64,000 nt of DNA from Cyanidioschyzon merolae (lineage: Eukaryota). Every line of letters begins with the position of its first letter. The first letter of the stretch is position 1. Positions 40,990 to 52,304 of this stretch are shown here, piece by piece. Made by a program: the position numbers and the translations under genes. The stretch lies in NCBI GenBank assembly GCA_000091205.1, contig AP006496.2; one strand, 5' to 3'. The notes below the pieces were generated by a model. That model had not been told where the DNA came from. It made no database searches and saw only the letters and a program-made list of their open reading frames with translations.

Positions 40990-42197
40990 GCAGCGATGAG
41001 GGCTCACGAGTCACGCATCGTTTCGGGAGACTTGGTCAGTGTTTCGGGGCTGGGCGGCGTCGCTCGACGCTTTTCCACTGGAATCCGTTCCGTCATTGTC
41101 ATCAAGATCATTCGCACCGCCCTTGAATAAGGCTTTTTGGAAGAACAGATACCACGATCTACTTCATTCGTACAAGCTGTCACGTATCGCAATCCCGTGC
41201 ATGGAGCACGCCCGAAGCACGCGTGCTTCACGTCCTTCATCTGTGTGCTCCAGGGAAACTCGTGGGTACAGCAGTTCGCGCCACTGGATTGATGAAAACG
41301 AAACCTCGACGTCCGTTCTTGACGACTTCATCTCCGTCGCGAGCGCATACTGAAAGCTCACTGAGCTCGTCACTTCAAAGAATTGGTTCTTGTCGAAAGG
41401 AAAATCCTCCTCTTTCTGTGGCTATCGACGAAATGGAACGTAACAGCAGCATCGTGTCTGTCACGGAATGTATGTCCCCAGAGGCTCTCGTCTCTTCTAG
41501 ATACATCAAAATGCGGCCTCAGCACGCACTTGAGCCATCGCAACGATCGCTTCCAGTAAAGGACAAATCACTGCGTTGAACGCCGGGTTCGCAGACCAGT
41601 AGAGGTGTCTCTAGCTCCTTTCGAGACTAGATTCTCCTTCCGCTACTTGTTTCATCATGAGTTGTATCGCGTTCCCCGTATCCTTCATCGATTAGAGCGG
41701 CACGCGGTGGCAGGTGCACCACACAGCGCGCACTTGTCGATGGGATCGCCCAGAAGACGCCTGTGATCACAGCGTACTGCACGGGCCGCGTAAACAGAGG
41801 AACGCTACGAGGAGCGTCCCCTGTACCCGTCATGAGCATGTAGAGCGTGCTGGAGGAAACATTCGCAGGCATCAAGGCGCGACTCGGATGGGACGCTGTA
41901 ACGTACACACGTGAACACCTGACTGTAGTCGACTGCAACCGCTGCGAAGGGCGCTGCCTGGCTGACTTCACACAAGATGAGCATGAATGGCAATCGAAGT
42001 GTAGATCGCAACTTTTGCAAGCGCATGCCGTGCGTGAACAGTGACTGGATGCGGCGAAATCGAGACTTTACCGCTACCAGCAGTATCCTCCGACTGCTGA
42101 TGTCAGAGCTGTAGGTTCAGAGGGGACCAGCGTATTGAAACCCTGAGATACGAGAAACAAGGGAGGCAATCACAGATACAGCTACCAAACGCTGGCG
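40990..42197 (+). mobile_element. family F2 TnpB/Fanzor-like degenerate element, copy 2
   Basis: plus-strand ORFs 40917..41126, 41039..41353, 41223..41579, 41714..41914 and 41847..42044 align segment by segment with the other F2 copies (for example ...REHLTVVDCNRCEGRCLADF... zinc ribbon). A shifted frame gives DFTATSSILRLLMSEL. The tail ...gagaaacaagggaggcaatcacagatacagctaccaaacgctgg matches the copy-1 tail. Confidence 0.5.
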
Positions 42198-43012
42198 TCG
42201 GTCGCAGCGGGTAGAAATCAAAACTTTAGCGTGCACACCCGCGTTCGTTGACGCGTACCATTGCCTTCTAGCATGGGTACAGGTCATATGTGCGTCGATA
42301 CATTTCTTTTTCGGTACCAGATCTCGGCATTGAACCGCGTGGTACCGGGATCTGCAGGTGCTACCGGAGCATGAGGAGGAGGAAAATCCAATACACACCT
42401 GGATCGATTCAGATTCGCTTCTTCCTACGATGATGCCCAGCGCCCCATTTCTCGCAGGAACAGAAGCTGAATCTAGAGAACTTTTGAGTAGCAAGTTCCA
42501 CGATGGATTGTTATGTTATAGAATCTGTGAGCATGACCAAGGATTCCCCGCTCTACCATGAATGCTTGCGACGAGGACTCATGCACCACATTCTCGGTTG
42601 CTCTGCACAGAGACAGCACGTGTTGACGATACCTTGGCGAACGTCGGCTCGAAGATAGATTCGTTGCTGTTGGATATGGAGACGGGCACTCGTTCCTCGC
42701 CCGTGTGGAGCGTCTCGGACCGAAACGCACAAGTCGGCACACTGCCCAGCACTAGAGGCACCGCTGCGCCCCGCGAATCGCAGCAGCTGGACAAGTTCCA
42801 GGTAGCAGTCGCCGTGGAATGTTTGACTGGACCCGGTGCCTGCTCTAGTCAGGGCACCGTGAAGCAGCTGGGCCACTGCTGCAGCGAAACTCTGCGCGTC
42901 TTCAGACTGCGTCCGACGCTGGCGAGAACGACGCAGAGACCAGCCAAGACAGCGGTGGACGCGAGAGGGTCCCGTCTCGACGTGGCGCCTTCGGAAAAAG
43001 CAGCCCCTGGAC

Positions 43013-44002
43013 GTGATGCTTCAACCAGTGGAACGATATGAAAAGCAACGGGTTCTTGGGCAGGGTACCTACGGTGTGGTGTATCTGGCGATCGATCGCT
43101 GTACTGCGCAGCCTGTGGCACTCAAGAAAGTTCGCCTCGCGGACTACACAGCAGGTCTGTCGATGACAGCGTGGCGAGAGTTGCGCCTTCTACCAGAACT
43201 GGGTGGCCATCCGAACGTCATCGCGCTCCTGGACGTATTTAGCACCAAATCTTCGGAGCTGTACCTGGTCTACGAGTACTGCGAAACCGATCTGGAGCAT
43301 TTGATCACCGAGCGTAACCTCATGTTGAGTCAGGGCGACATCAAAAGCTGCCTCCGGCAGCTGCTGGAGGGCGTCGCGGCCTGCCACGAAAACTGGGTAT
43401 TGCACCGGGACCTCAAGCCGAGCAACGTACTGGTTACTACCGACGGGGTGCTGAAACTGGCTGATTTTGGACTCGCTCGCGTCTATGCTGAACCGGACCT
43501 CGGAACAGAGGGCGGGCGCCGAATGACCCATCAGGTGGTGACGCGATGGTACCGAGCACCAGAGTTGCTCTTCGGGGCGACCGCTTACGGGCCCGCGGTC
43601 GATATCTGGGCCGTTGGATGCATATTCGCGGAGCTCATGCGCCGTGTACCCTTTCTGCCTGGACAGAATGACCTTGACCAGCTGGGGAAGATCGCGGCAA
43701 CCTTGGGAGCGCCCACTCCGGACCAGTGGCCCGGAGTGGATGCCTTGCCCGCGTACCTTCCGTTCAAGTCGGTCCAGCGACAGCCGCTGGCGGACTTGTT
43801 TCGCGCAGCCCCGCCCTCAGCCATTGATCTGCTGTCGCGGATGCTTGCACTGAACCCCAACGAGCGTATTTCAGCGCGAGATGCGCTGGAACATGCATTC
43901 TTCCATACGGGTGCAGCGGAGAGCGACCCGCGCGAGCTTATGGTTCGATGGCGGAAAGCACAAGCCCATCGAAGAGCGGCGAAAACGGAGCGACACTCCT
44001 AG
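43013..44002 (+). CDS. CDK7: cyclin-dependent kinase 7 (CAK / Kin28-like)
   Basis: GQGTYGVVYLA, ALKKVRL, GLSMTAWRELRLLPEL, HRDLKPSNVL, DFGLARVY, VVTRWYRAPELLFGATAYGPAVDIWAVGCIFAEL and RVPFLPGQNDLDQLGKI parallel human CDK7 almost motif for motif. Confidence 0.85.
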   Translation: MMLQPVERYEKQRVLGQGTYGVVYLAIDRCTAQPVALKKVRLADYTAGLSMTAWRELRLLPELGGHPNVIALLDVFSTKSSELYLVYEYCETDLEHLITERNLMLSQGDIKSCLRQLLEGVAACHENWVLHRDLKPSNVLVTTDGVLKLADFGLARVYAEPDLGTEGGRRMTHQVVTRWYRAPELLFGATAYGPAVDIWAVGCIFAELMRRVPFLPGQNDLDQLGKIAATLGAPTPDQWPGVDALPAYLPFKSVQRQPLADLFRAAPPSAIDLLSRMLALNPNERISARDALEHAFFHTGAAESDPRELMVRWRKAQAHRRAAKTERHS

Positions 44003-44415
44003 TAGAACACATACGATCCGGACAGCGGTTCGATCTTGCTGTGAACTGCACAACTTTGTCGCTCCGAGTCGCAGCATCGGTGCGATCATGCCTACCTGTT
44101 CGTGCATGATCGGCGGCATAGGCAGGAATTGTGGTCTGCCTCGTCGCTGTGGAAGCGTTCGGGTCTCCCGTTTCGATCCGACGGGCTCGCCCTGCGTACC
44201 ACAACGCACTGATGATGGATACCTTGGAACGCGCGTGTCCCTAACTTGCCAGTTAGGAATCATCGGGCAAGTTCTGGATGTCAGGGCGTACCCATTGTGT
44301 TGTCGAGAGCAATGGAAGAAAGCGCAAGCGTTCATCGACGAGGACGCGATGAACGCCGCTGCTTGTCTAGATTCCCTTGATCACGGGCGCATCCATACGA
44401 TGCAAGTTTGATTCT

Positions 44416-45808
44416 TGAACATTTCAGTGAAACCGAAATGTTTTACAACGATGGAGGGTAAATATACGTACCCACCCGCAGACATCTTCCAGTGTTTTTT
44501 TTCAGCTGGTTCCCTGCTCCCGCATTCAACTCCTCGTGGTGCATTTCGACCCTGAGATGCTGCCCCGTGAAACTGGCTCGCGTCACGTGCCTAGGTCCCT
44601 TCTTCAACGCTGCACATCTTCTGGTATGGATGGCGGCGTTCAAGTCTCGGTTCACGAACTCGATGCATTTATTGCCTCTGGTTGAACTCGTCAATGCAAG
44701 GAGTCCTCGAACTCGCGCTCTCTGCACTATTTGGCGCTCTCTCCTCTCTCTGTTCGTCTCTATCGCCAAAGCGCTCCGCTGGCCTGTCTCCATTTCGACC
44801 TTGTCAAGTGTGCACCCAAGCTCATCCCGTAGATTTTTTGGAATGAACACATTTCTGTATGCCCCTAGGTAAGGAATTCCCCAGAGCAGGAGCGACTCGC
44901 ACGAGAAACACGACATGCGCTCGGATGTCAACATGTTCTAAACGCGTCAGCGATTCGCTCAGCGAAGCGATGATTACGTTTCACGGTACAAGACACTGCA
45001 TCGATGAGGCTGAACGACGCAGCGTACGGAGGAATGAAGAGCAGAGCTACCGCGATAGAATCGGCAAATGCTCGATCACAACGGGAACGGTAAACGAACA
45101 CGTTGTCGAACAGAACGACGTCGCCAGGCGTCAGAAGAAAAGTCTTCAATGATTCGACAAAGTGGTTCATACTCTTGTATGAGCCTTCTCTGCTTGCGAA
45201 TCTGAGGCCGCCAAACGCGAGTCCACTGCATCTAGACAAGACGATGACGTCGTCGTTCTCTTCGAGTTCGATCATACATATAACGGGCGCGCCGCTCCGC
45301 GAAGACGCTTTTATGTTCGGATCGTTTCGTCCGAAGCAAGTCTCACCGACTGGAAAAACAAACCGACATCCCGGTGCTTCATACCGATCGCGACGTGCCA
45401 GGAACGCTCTTGGGGCAATATCGGTGGAAAACAGCGGTGCGTGAACCTGGACTCGTTTCTTGCGGGTGTATCCCAGCGTTTCCAGGACCGCATGCGCATC
45501 CTGTTGAGAACCAGAGACGCCCGTGGCGTCTACCATCGTCGCTTTTGCTTCCCGTGAGGTGATCATTGGGTCGCTTTCTACCATTGGCAGTAGACGCGCA
45601 TTGGGGATATCGATTTTAGGCACAGAGCGCATGGACCTCTATCTTTCAGTGTTCCGCAACCATCTGAATCCTGTGAAATGACTGACATGAAAGACGAATG
45701 CACTCCTCCTTGCTCTGTTCCGTACCAAACCCATACCCTGCATTCAACTCGTCTACGATCTACACGGTACATGACATCGTGATGTCGATCGCCTGCTCCG
45801 CACTGCAT
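44416..45808 (-). mobile_element. Tc1/mariner-like DNA transposon, copy B, inverted relative to copy A; same pseudogenised transposase (ORFs 45578..46045 and 44928..45632) and F1 module (44416..44934)
   Basis: near-identity to 32783..34178 over its whole length; flanks differ, so these are independent insertions rather than a segmental duplication. Confidence 0.75.
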
Positions 45809-46543
45809 CGGCCCTGTGCAACAAAATTGAGTTGAAAGCCTGTCAAGGCACTCCGCGCAGCTCGTGATGCACGCATCAGGCCGGGACAGCGCATACATAC
45901 ATGCATGCATACATACATGCATGACACGAATATGCATGCATGCAACAAACATCACGATAAGGCGGTGAGCAATTCCATGCACTGGGGTAGCACGCTCTTT
46001 CTGCTGCAGAACACGTGTCCGCAAAAGATCTAGCACGATCCACACCGCTGTCTGTTGACTTGAATCGACAGCAGTTCAGCTTGCAGACAAGGATTTATCT
46101 TGTGCATCTTGTGAGGCCTGCGTGCAGGCGACCACTTACCATGGTCGCAACGAATCTCCAGCGAGGCGGTATTTGATCGAGCCGCTCCCGAGAATGCACC
46201 GGCCGGACGGTTGATTGAGTGCCCACAGGTTTCCGCTCAGAGAATCCAGTCGACGCGTTTCTGTTTCGGGAATCGTACAAACTAGTGCAAATCCTGGATG
46301 ACATGCCAACGCTCGCATTCGAACTGCTCTACATGCACAGCGCCCGCTCCATGAACGCTTGCCTCGTTGGCACCCCGCAACGTCTCTGGAGTTCTCCGCG
46401 TGCGCGTCCGCGCTGGCATTGATCATTCGACTGGGCGCGAAAGCGCCGTGCGCTGTCCAATCGTGCCAGCAATCTGCCTTCCAAAGCGTTACACCATTGA
46501 AAACAGATTCCGAGCACCGTGCATTCATGGTGACTTGTAGTTC

Positions 46544-48850
46544 TCATTCAGGATGATGTTTGGGTGCGCGGTTTGGCGATGCTGCTGAAGCATGGGAAGC
46601 AGGTGGCACCTGTAGGACACCCCAGTCCCCGGGTGCACCCATTTCTCGCAATGAATGTATCGTTGCTGCAAGCAGACGTCCGGTCGCGACTCGGGCCAGT
46701 CGTCGCGCTGGCACCAACAACCCGAGTCGTCCCAGTGTCACGACAACGCCCAGCACGATGAGCACTGACAGCAGTAAAAACGGTCGTTGTAGGACCGCTA
46801 CGAATTCATTCCAGCCGAGCAGCACCAGAAGCACCAGCATCCATGCGGGAACCTGACGGTGCACGCGAGCGGCCTGTTGTGCTCGAACCGCCTCTGAGTA
46901 GGCCATCGCAGCGCGTTCCTCGAGGCCCTGACGAAGCAGCTTGACTTCGGCTTCGCCCAGTAGGCAGGACTCGTTGCCATTGAGATGGACGTGCTGCAGT
47001 AACACAACGAGAAACATAGCGTGTTGGAGCGCATCCAGCCAAATCTTGCGCAGATCATCACTCGCTTGCCAGACTCGCGGAATGCGGTGCGCACTGGACT
47101 CGAATCGAAACGCGTCCTCGAATCTTTTCATCAGGTGAAGCTGTAACGCCGAAGGTGAGTGCGCCTGGTTTCGCAGGAACCTCCAAACACATTCCATGGT
47201 CTGCGCTCGGTGCAGCTTCAGCAGGTTCGAGGCCAGCGCATCGTCCCCGCATGCAGACTGTGTCTGTCCGCCCGGCTGCTGATGATGCTCCTGCTCAGGC
47301 GCTGTGATCCCAGTCGAGATCAGCGCTCTGTGCAGATGCTGCGCTGACTCGTCTCGAACACGCTCAACAACCTCTTGTTCCACTCGGTTCCAGAAAACTT
47401 CTGGTTCTTGCTCGGCGGAGGCCCGATCGAGTACCTCCCATAGCGGCTCCTGGAGGCGATGCGAGAATAAAACGGCTGCCTCCTCGAGCAACAACGTTGC
47501 CAAACGGTGCTCAGCTGCCTCGCTGATTGCGTCCAGGCGATCTCTGTAGATTTGGCTGAGCTCGGCAAGCAGCTCGCTCCAGCATTCGTCCTCAACGAAA
47601 CATTGGGGAATCACAGCGACATCCTTCCAGGCAGTCTCTAGCTCGCTCCGTTGCCTCTGGAGGCGATCCATGAATCCTTTCCACGCGCTGCGCTCAGGCG
47701 CGGCAGTTTTTACTGCCAGCTGATCGTTCACGAAATGATCGAACCGCTCAGCCAGTGTTTCCAGGTGGCGCTGCAGACGACGGCGATAGGCTTCGCGAGC
47801 GCGCAACGAGAGCACATCGTGCAGCTGCTTTCGTTTTGCTGCAGCAACTACGGGCACGTAGCGCGCGGAGCGCTCCTGATAGTGCATCATCACTCGCTCG
47901 TATGCTGCTGACAAGTCCGCAGCATCCGCATCGAATGTACTTGCCGCCTCTTGGGCGATCTCCTCGCAGCGAATCCTAGCTAGAGCCTCCTTTTCGGTCG
48001 GGATATCGAGCTCGCGGTTTTCGCGAACGACTTGCCAGATCTGTTGACAGAAGACAGCGAACCCGTCAGCCGCGATTCCCCGATGATAACTTTCGTGGAA
48101 GATACCAGAGGCTCCCTTATAGAACCGGTCTCGGAGGTCGGCTGCAGCCTGCTCGAAAGCTCCGGAAGCGAGTTCCTTGTGTGGCAGGCTCGTGCACTCC
48201 ACGTCGAAAAAAGTCGATAACGACGCGCCCTCAACCGATGACGGTTTGTTGATGCTATCCCAGATGCGCTCGAGATCTTCGAGAAGCGTCTTCTCTAATA
48301 GGGCGAGCGGTGTGTTCACGTGGTCGCGGAGCACAAAGAGCAGCCGCGTTCGGTGCGCTTCGCGATGAAAAAGCGCCACGTCCTGTTCGAAGACCGTACG
48401 CAACAGCGCTAGGTTCGCTGCATTATACCGACCAATATCCTGCGCCCAAACATTGATGATGAGGACTTGCGCAAGCGCAAGCGCAAAGAGCGCCGCTTTC
48501 CGCTCAAACGATGCAGCGCCCTCGCCCCGTTCCCGCGAGTCCGTGCCTTCAAGGTCGAGGACCAGGATCTCGCCGCTGCGTGCATCAACCCCCAGCCAAA
48601 TGCCTCTCGTGACCTGATACCGTCCGATACTGGCGTCCATGGTCGGAAAGTTAGTCCCAAAGAGACAGTTCAGAAGCGTTGACTTGCCCGAAGACTGACA
48701 CCCCAGCACTGCAACCGTGTGGTACTGGAGACCGCGCTCATGCAGGCGATGCTCGTGCAAAAACCGGAGTAAATCCTCTCGGTGGAACTCTTCGGTGTAC
48801 GAGATGATTTCCACCAGCCCAGAAGAACTCCTGTTCTGGTTACTGTCCAT
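46544..48850 (-). CDS. RHD3: RHD3 / Sey1 dynamin-like GTPase (ER membrane fusion)
   Basis: VAVLGCQSSGKSTLLNCLFGTNFPTMDASIGRYQVTRGIWLG matches the RHD3/Sey1 GTPase N-terminus; the length (768 aa) and the C-terminal hydrophobic hairpin WMLVLLVLLGWNEFVAV...LLLSVLIVLGVVVTL fit the family. Confidence 0.85.
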   Translation of the reverse strand: MDSNQNRSSSGLVEIISYTEEFHREDLLRFLHEHRLHERGLQYHTVAVLGCQSSGKSTLLNCLFGTNFPTMDASIGRYQVTRGIWLGVDARSGEILVLDLEGTDSRERGEGAASFERKAALFALALAQVLIINVWAQDIGRYNAANLALLRTVFEQDVALFHREAHRTRLLFVLRDHVNTPLALLEKTLLEDLERIWDSINKPSSVEGASLSTFFDVECTSLPHKELASGAFEQAAADLRDRFYKGASGIFHESYHRGIAADGFAVFCQQIWQVVRENRELDIPTEKEALARIRCEEIAQEAASTFDADAADLSAAYERVMMHYQERSARYVPVVAAAKRKQLHDVLSLRAREAYRRRLQRHLETLAERFDHFVNDQLAVKTAAPERSAWKGFMDRLQRQRSELETAWKDVAVIPQCFVEDECWSELLAELSQIYRDRLDAISEAAEHRLATLLLEEAAVLFSHRLQEPLWEVLDRASAEQEPEVFWNRVEQEVVERVRDESAQHLHRALISTGITAPEQEHHQQPGGQTQSACGDDALASNLLKLHRAQTMECVWRFLRNQAHSPSALQLHLMKRFEDAFRFESSAHRIPRVWQASDDLRKIWLDALQHAMFLVVLLQHVHLNGNESCLLGEAEVKLLRQGLEERAAMAYSEAVRAQQAARVHRQVPAWMLVLLVLLGWNEFVAVLQRPFLLLSVLIVLGVVVTLGRLGLLVPARRLARVATGRLLAATIHSLREMGAPGDWGVLQVPPASHASAASPNRAPKHHPE

Positions 48851-49087
48851 GGCAACGGGTCGGGCACTCGAACCAGTCGCGCAACACCCAAAAGAGGCGT
48901 TGCGTACTTGCTGCGACGTTGCCGCCTTGCTGTCGACTGCGCAGCAGCCTCACATCTCCATTCCGACGATTTCCGCGGCTTCATGCCGGGTTGCGAACCC
49001 GAGACCCATGTAACCATAAAATGGAACACGTTCACGAACACAGGCATACACGTTCAAGTATGGCGCTCTTCACACAGTCATCAACAC

Positions 49088-50290
49088 CTGCATATACGGG
49101 TTCTGTCGATGACTGCTTCCGTTGCCCCCTCTTTCATCTGCGGATGTAAACACACCAGTCCCTCGTGTGCGTCCAGCTCCATTGTCAGCAGTCAAAGAAC
49201 GTTGAGAGCAGCGTTCAAGTTCTGATTACGCAGCTTGCGGTTGTTGTAGATGCGTTTGGTACACAGACGAAAGTTGCGATCTACACCTCGTTTGCAATTT
49301 TCATCTTCTTTGGATACAGCCTCTGCGCACCCTTCGTCGCAATGCCATTTGCCTGTGGTCAGGTGTTCCCGAATATCAACCACGTCTCCTTTGCCGATCA
49401 CCGCACTGTGGATCGTGAACGCCTGCCTCATCGTTCGATGCCTGCACTTGACGAGAACAGCGAGCTTCCCTGGTACGCCTCGCCGGTTTCCGTGCCGAGT
49501 TCCGTACCCTACGATCACGTCGGGGAATACTCCGTCCGCTGTATGCGGAAGCGCATACTGTTTCATTGAACAGAGGATTCGTGGAGCGCGATGCTGTCCA
49601 TGATGGAACTAGTACCGAAAGAAGAATCGATGCTTTAGAACAAGTTGAGAGTTTTCGGTCCGTCAACGCACCCATCGTGCAACAGAGGGATGAAGATTTC
49701 TCTCTGGAACGAAATCGATTATCTAGCTTCTCAAGCTCAGTGATCTTTCGGCATGAGCTCGTGTACGAGCCGACAAGTGACGGTGTCGAGTGTGTTTCGT
49801 CGTCGGCAATCCAGCGATGCTAATTGCAGCGCTCACGAATCTCCCTGAAACGGAAGTATCGGAAACGAGAAGACTGCGGGATTTGAGGATACTGCACGTA
49901 AGGAAATAAGAAGCGCGGCAGCTCTTAGGCACGCATTGCACCATGATACTGGTTATTTTACGAATCCTTGTTCGAAAGCGTCGCAAATCATTTTGATCGC
50001 GGTCACTTACCGGACCACTGAGAAAACACGATCGAGCTTCCAAAACCTACGTGTGATTTCGCAAGCCCCTACTGCTGGACTTGGAATGTCGAGGATTTGC
50101 ATTAAATGAAAAAATTTCCGGAAAAATCGCAAGGCGTCGACAGAAAGACCACTTCCATGTCCCTGTTCCATCTGACACGGGTGAAGGAAGCGACAGCATT
50201 CACAGGACGTGAGGAGTTCCGTTCGGCTGACGGATCCTATGTACACAACACGAGGAGCGGGATGTTGACGAGCGGCCGGTCTGACGTTCA
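49088..50290 (-). mobile_element. family F2 TnpB/Fanzor-like degenerate element, copy 3
   Basis: minus-strand ORF 49192..49566 ends ...DVVDIREHLTTGKWHCDEGCAEAVSKEDENCKRGVDRNFRLCTKRIYNNRKLRNQNLNAALNVL-stop (zinc ribbon plus RuvC-III-like motif at the very C-terminus). The tail ctgctgacaatggagctggacgcacacgagggactggtgtgtttacatccgcagatgaaagaggg... matches the copy-1 tail. Upstream segments (49376..49675, 49723..50043, 50007..50291) align with copies 1 and 4. Confidence 0.5.
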
Positions 50291-50462
50291 CACTTCTCTG
50301 AGGCTACTGGTCTGGCTGCCAGCGGGCAGGTGCACTCCTTTTCCAAGGAGCTGCTGCAATCGCGTGGGGGTTGCAACCTCGCAGGAGGTAGCAGGCAGAA
50401 ACTTGACACTGTATGGTGCGTTGCGGCAACCGAAGAGGCTGCTCGCGAGAAACACCACCCCA

Positions 50463-50670
50463 TGAGACCGGTGAACGCCTGTCCGAGGCTCACGCGGCAT
50501 ACTAGAAACACAGCGCTAGTTCGAAACAGCCTCCGTTGAGGTCTGGGACAGCTCACCATCCCATAAGACCGGTGAACGCCTGTCCGAGGCTCAAGCAGCA
50601 TACTAGAAACACAGCGCTAGTTCGAAACAGCCTCCGTTGAGGTCTGGAACAAGTCACCATAGGCCTCCTT
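50463..50670. repeat. tandem duplication, 2 x about 104 bp
   Basis: catgagaccggtgaacgcctgtccgaggctcacgcggcatactagaaacacagcgctagttcgaaacagcctccgttgaggtctgggacagctcaccatccc and ataagaccggtgaacgcctgtccgaggctcaagcagcatactagaaacacagcgctagttcgaaacagcctccgttgaggtctggaacaagtcaccatagg. Confidence 0.85.
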
Positions 50671-51218
50671 GCTTGGCATAGGATCACAGACTTGTTCATA
50701 GAACGCGCAGCAGCAGCAGCAGCAGCAGCCTGTGCCACTGCCTTCAAGTATCCCGCTGTTTCCAAGAAGCATCGGACGCGTAGTCAGATCGTAAGCAGAT
50801 ATTCGTTTTGTCAACCACTATTTCCGTGCCTGCACCTTATAAAAGTCCGGTCATTCGCTAAACTTGCACTCGAATATTGTAGCGGTATGCTGCGGCAACG
50901 ATCACGGCACGATAGACCGTTGAACTGGGACGGGAACGCGCCCACGCTCGAGTCTGTTCTCGAAGATGCATTGTCGTGGCCAAGAACGCTGTTGAACTGC
51001 GTCTTTCGGGTGCAATACGCCACCTTTCTTGCTGTAGTAAGCTGTGCTGCGCTACGCTGTACCCTACTGACTTGCGTTGTGCAGAACTTGCGTTGAACGC
51101 TCGCACGAGCGTCTGTGACTGAGCGGGCCCCGCAGCGTACCCCTGGGGTCTCCGTGAGCGTTGCGAGCGTTTCTTCATCGCCCCGGTAACTGTGGTTCAT
51201 CGTGTGCAGAGCTCTCCC

Positions 51219-52304
51219 ATGGGTTTCCTAGCGCTTCAGGACAGGACAGAGGAGTTGCGCTCTGTCGCGCGACTGTTCGAGAGAGACTCGGCAGCGGGTA
51301 CCAGTGGAGCCACCGCTGCAGCACGTCCGGGGGACGCTGGGGCGGCGGCCCCGCAGACCTCGCTCACTCCCGAACGAACTGCAGAGCTGGCCGTAAAACA
51401 CTCACCCGGCTGGCAACGTAGCAACTTTGCCGTCTGTGCAGCGCAGATTGGCGGAAGGATTCACGAAACGTCCGCAAAACTCGCTCAACTGACTCGACTG
51501 GCGCGGCAGCGCTCTCTGTTCGATGACCATAGCGAGGAGATCGACCGATTAACCAGCCAAATCAAAAGCGATATCGGATATATTAATCATCAGCTCGACG
51601 AACTGCAACAGTTGGCTCGCAGAACTGCGGACCCGGGGAGCAACGGCGAACGACGCACAGGCGACAAGCGGACAGATGCTACTACTACTACTACAGGCAG
51701 CAACGCCCTAGCTCAACAGCATACTCGAATTATTGTGGATTCGTTGCGAGCGCGGCTTTTGAATGCGACGCAAACGTTTCAGTCAGTGCTGCAGGAGCGG
51801 TCAGCGACCTTACGTGTTCGCCCGGAACACAAGGCAGCAACACAGAAACTTCCCAGTGTGTCACACTCGATCTTCGATCTGAAGCCGAACGAGCTAGAGC
51901 GCGGCTCCAGCTTTCTAGATTTGGGTAGTGGCTCCCTCGGCGCATCCCAGCAGCAGCAGCAGCAGCAGCAGCTATGGTACCAGCCTCAGGAGCAACAGCT
52001 GGTGCATGCGCCACCAGCAGCATCTCTACGATACTACCAGCAACGAACAGATGCAGTTCAACGCGTGGAGGCAACGATTGTAGAGCTGGGCCAGATCTTC
52101 CACCAGCTGTCGCGAATGGTAGCCGAGCAAGGCGAGCTTGTTCAGCGCATCGACGTGAACATTGAGGACTCCCTGGCACACGTAGAAGGTGCGCATGGTC
52201 AACTGCTGCGTTATTTTGAGAGCCTGCGCTCGAATCGCGGTCTTATCCTCAAACTGTTCGGCGTTTTAAGTCTCTTTATTGTGCTGTGGGTATTGATTCT
52301 CTGA
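51219..52304 (+). CDS. SED5: syntaxin-5 (Sed5) Qa-SNARE; the ORF is open from 51192 but Met at 51219 places the Sly1-binding DRTxEF-type motif near the N-terminus
   Basis: N-terminal MGFLALQDRTEEL; SNARE motif plus TM at the C-terminus, IVELGQIFHQLSRMVAEQGELVQRIDVNIEDSLAHVEGAHGQLLRYFESLRSNRGLILKLFGVLSLFIVLWVLIL, parallels syntaxin-5 (IQELGSIFQQLATMVAEQGETLQRIDSNVED...ELLKYFQSVSSNRWL); internal (CAG)n encodes Q8. Confidence 0.85.
   Translation: MGFLALQDRTEELRSVARLFERDSAAGTSGATAAARPGDAGAAAPQTSLTPERTAELAVKHSPGWQRSNFAVCAAQIGGRIHETSAKLAQLTRLARQRSLFDDHSEEIDRLTSQIKSDIGYINHQLDELQQLARRTADPGSNGERRTGDKRTDATTTTTGSNALAQQHTRIIVDSLRARLLNATQTFQSVLQERSATLRVRPEHKAATQKLPSVSHSIFDLKPNELERGSSFLDLGSGSLGASQQQQQQQQLWYQPQEQQLVHAPPAASLRYYQQRTDAVQRVEATIVELGQIFHQLSRMVAEQGELVQRIDVNIEDSLAHVEGAHGQLLRYFESLRSNRGLILKLFGVLSLFIVLWVLIL

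Noticed and set aside
50520-50560. tRNA-like T-loop string gctagttcgaaacagcc inside the 104-bp tandem units
   Set aside because: No complementary T-stem, no acceptor stem and no A-box could be folded around it. No other tRNA candidate was found by eye anywhere in the window, though a systematic tRNA scan was not possible.
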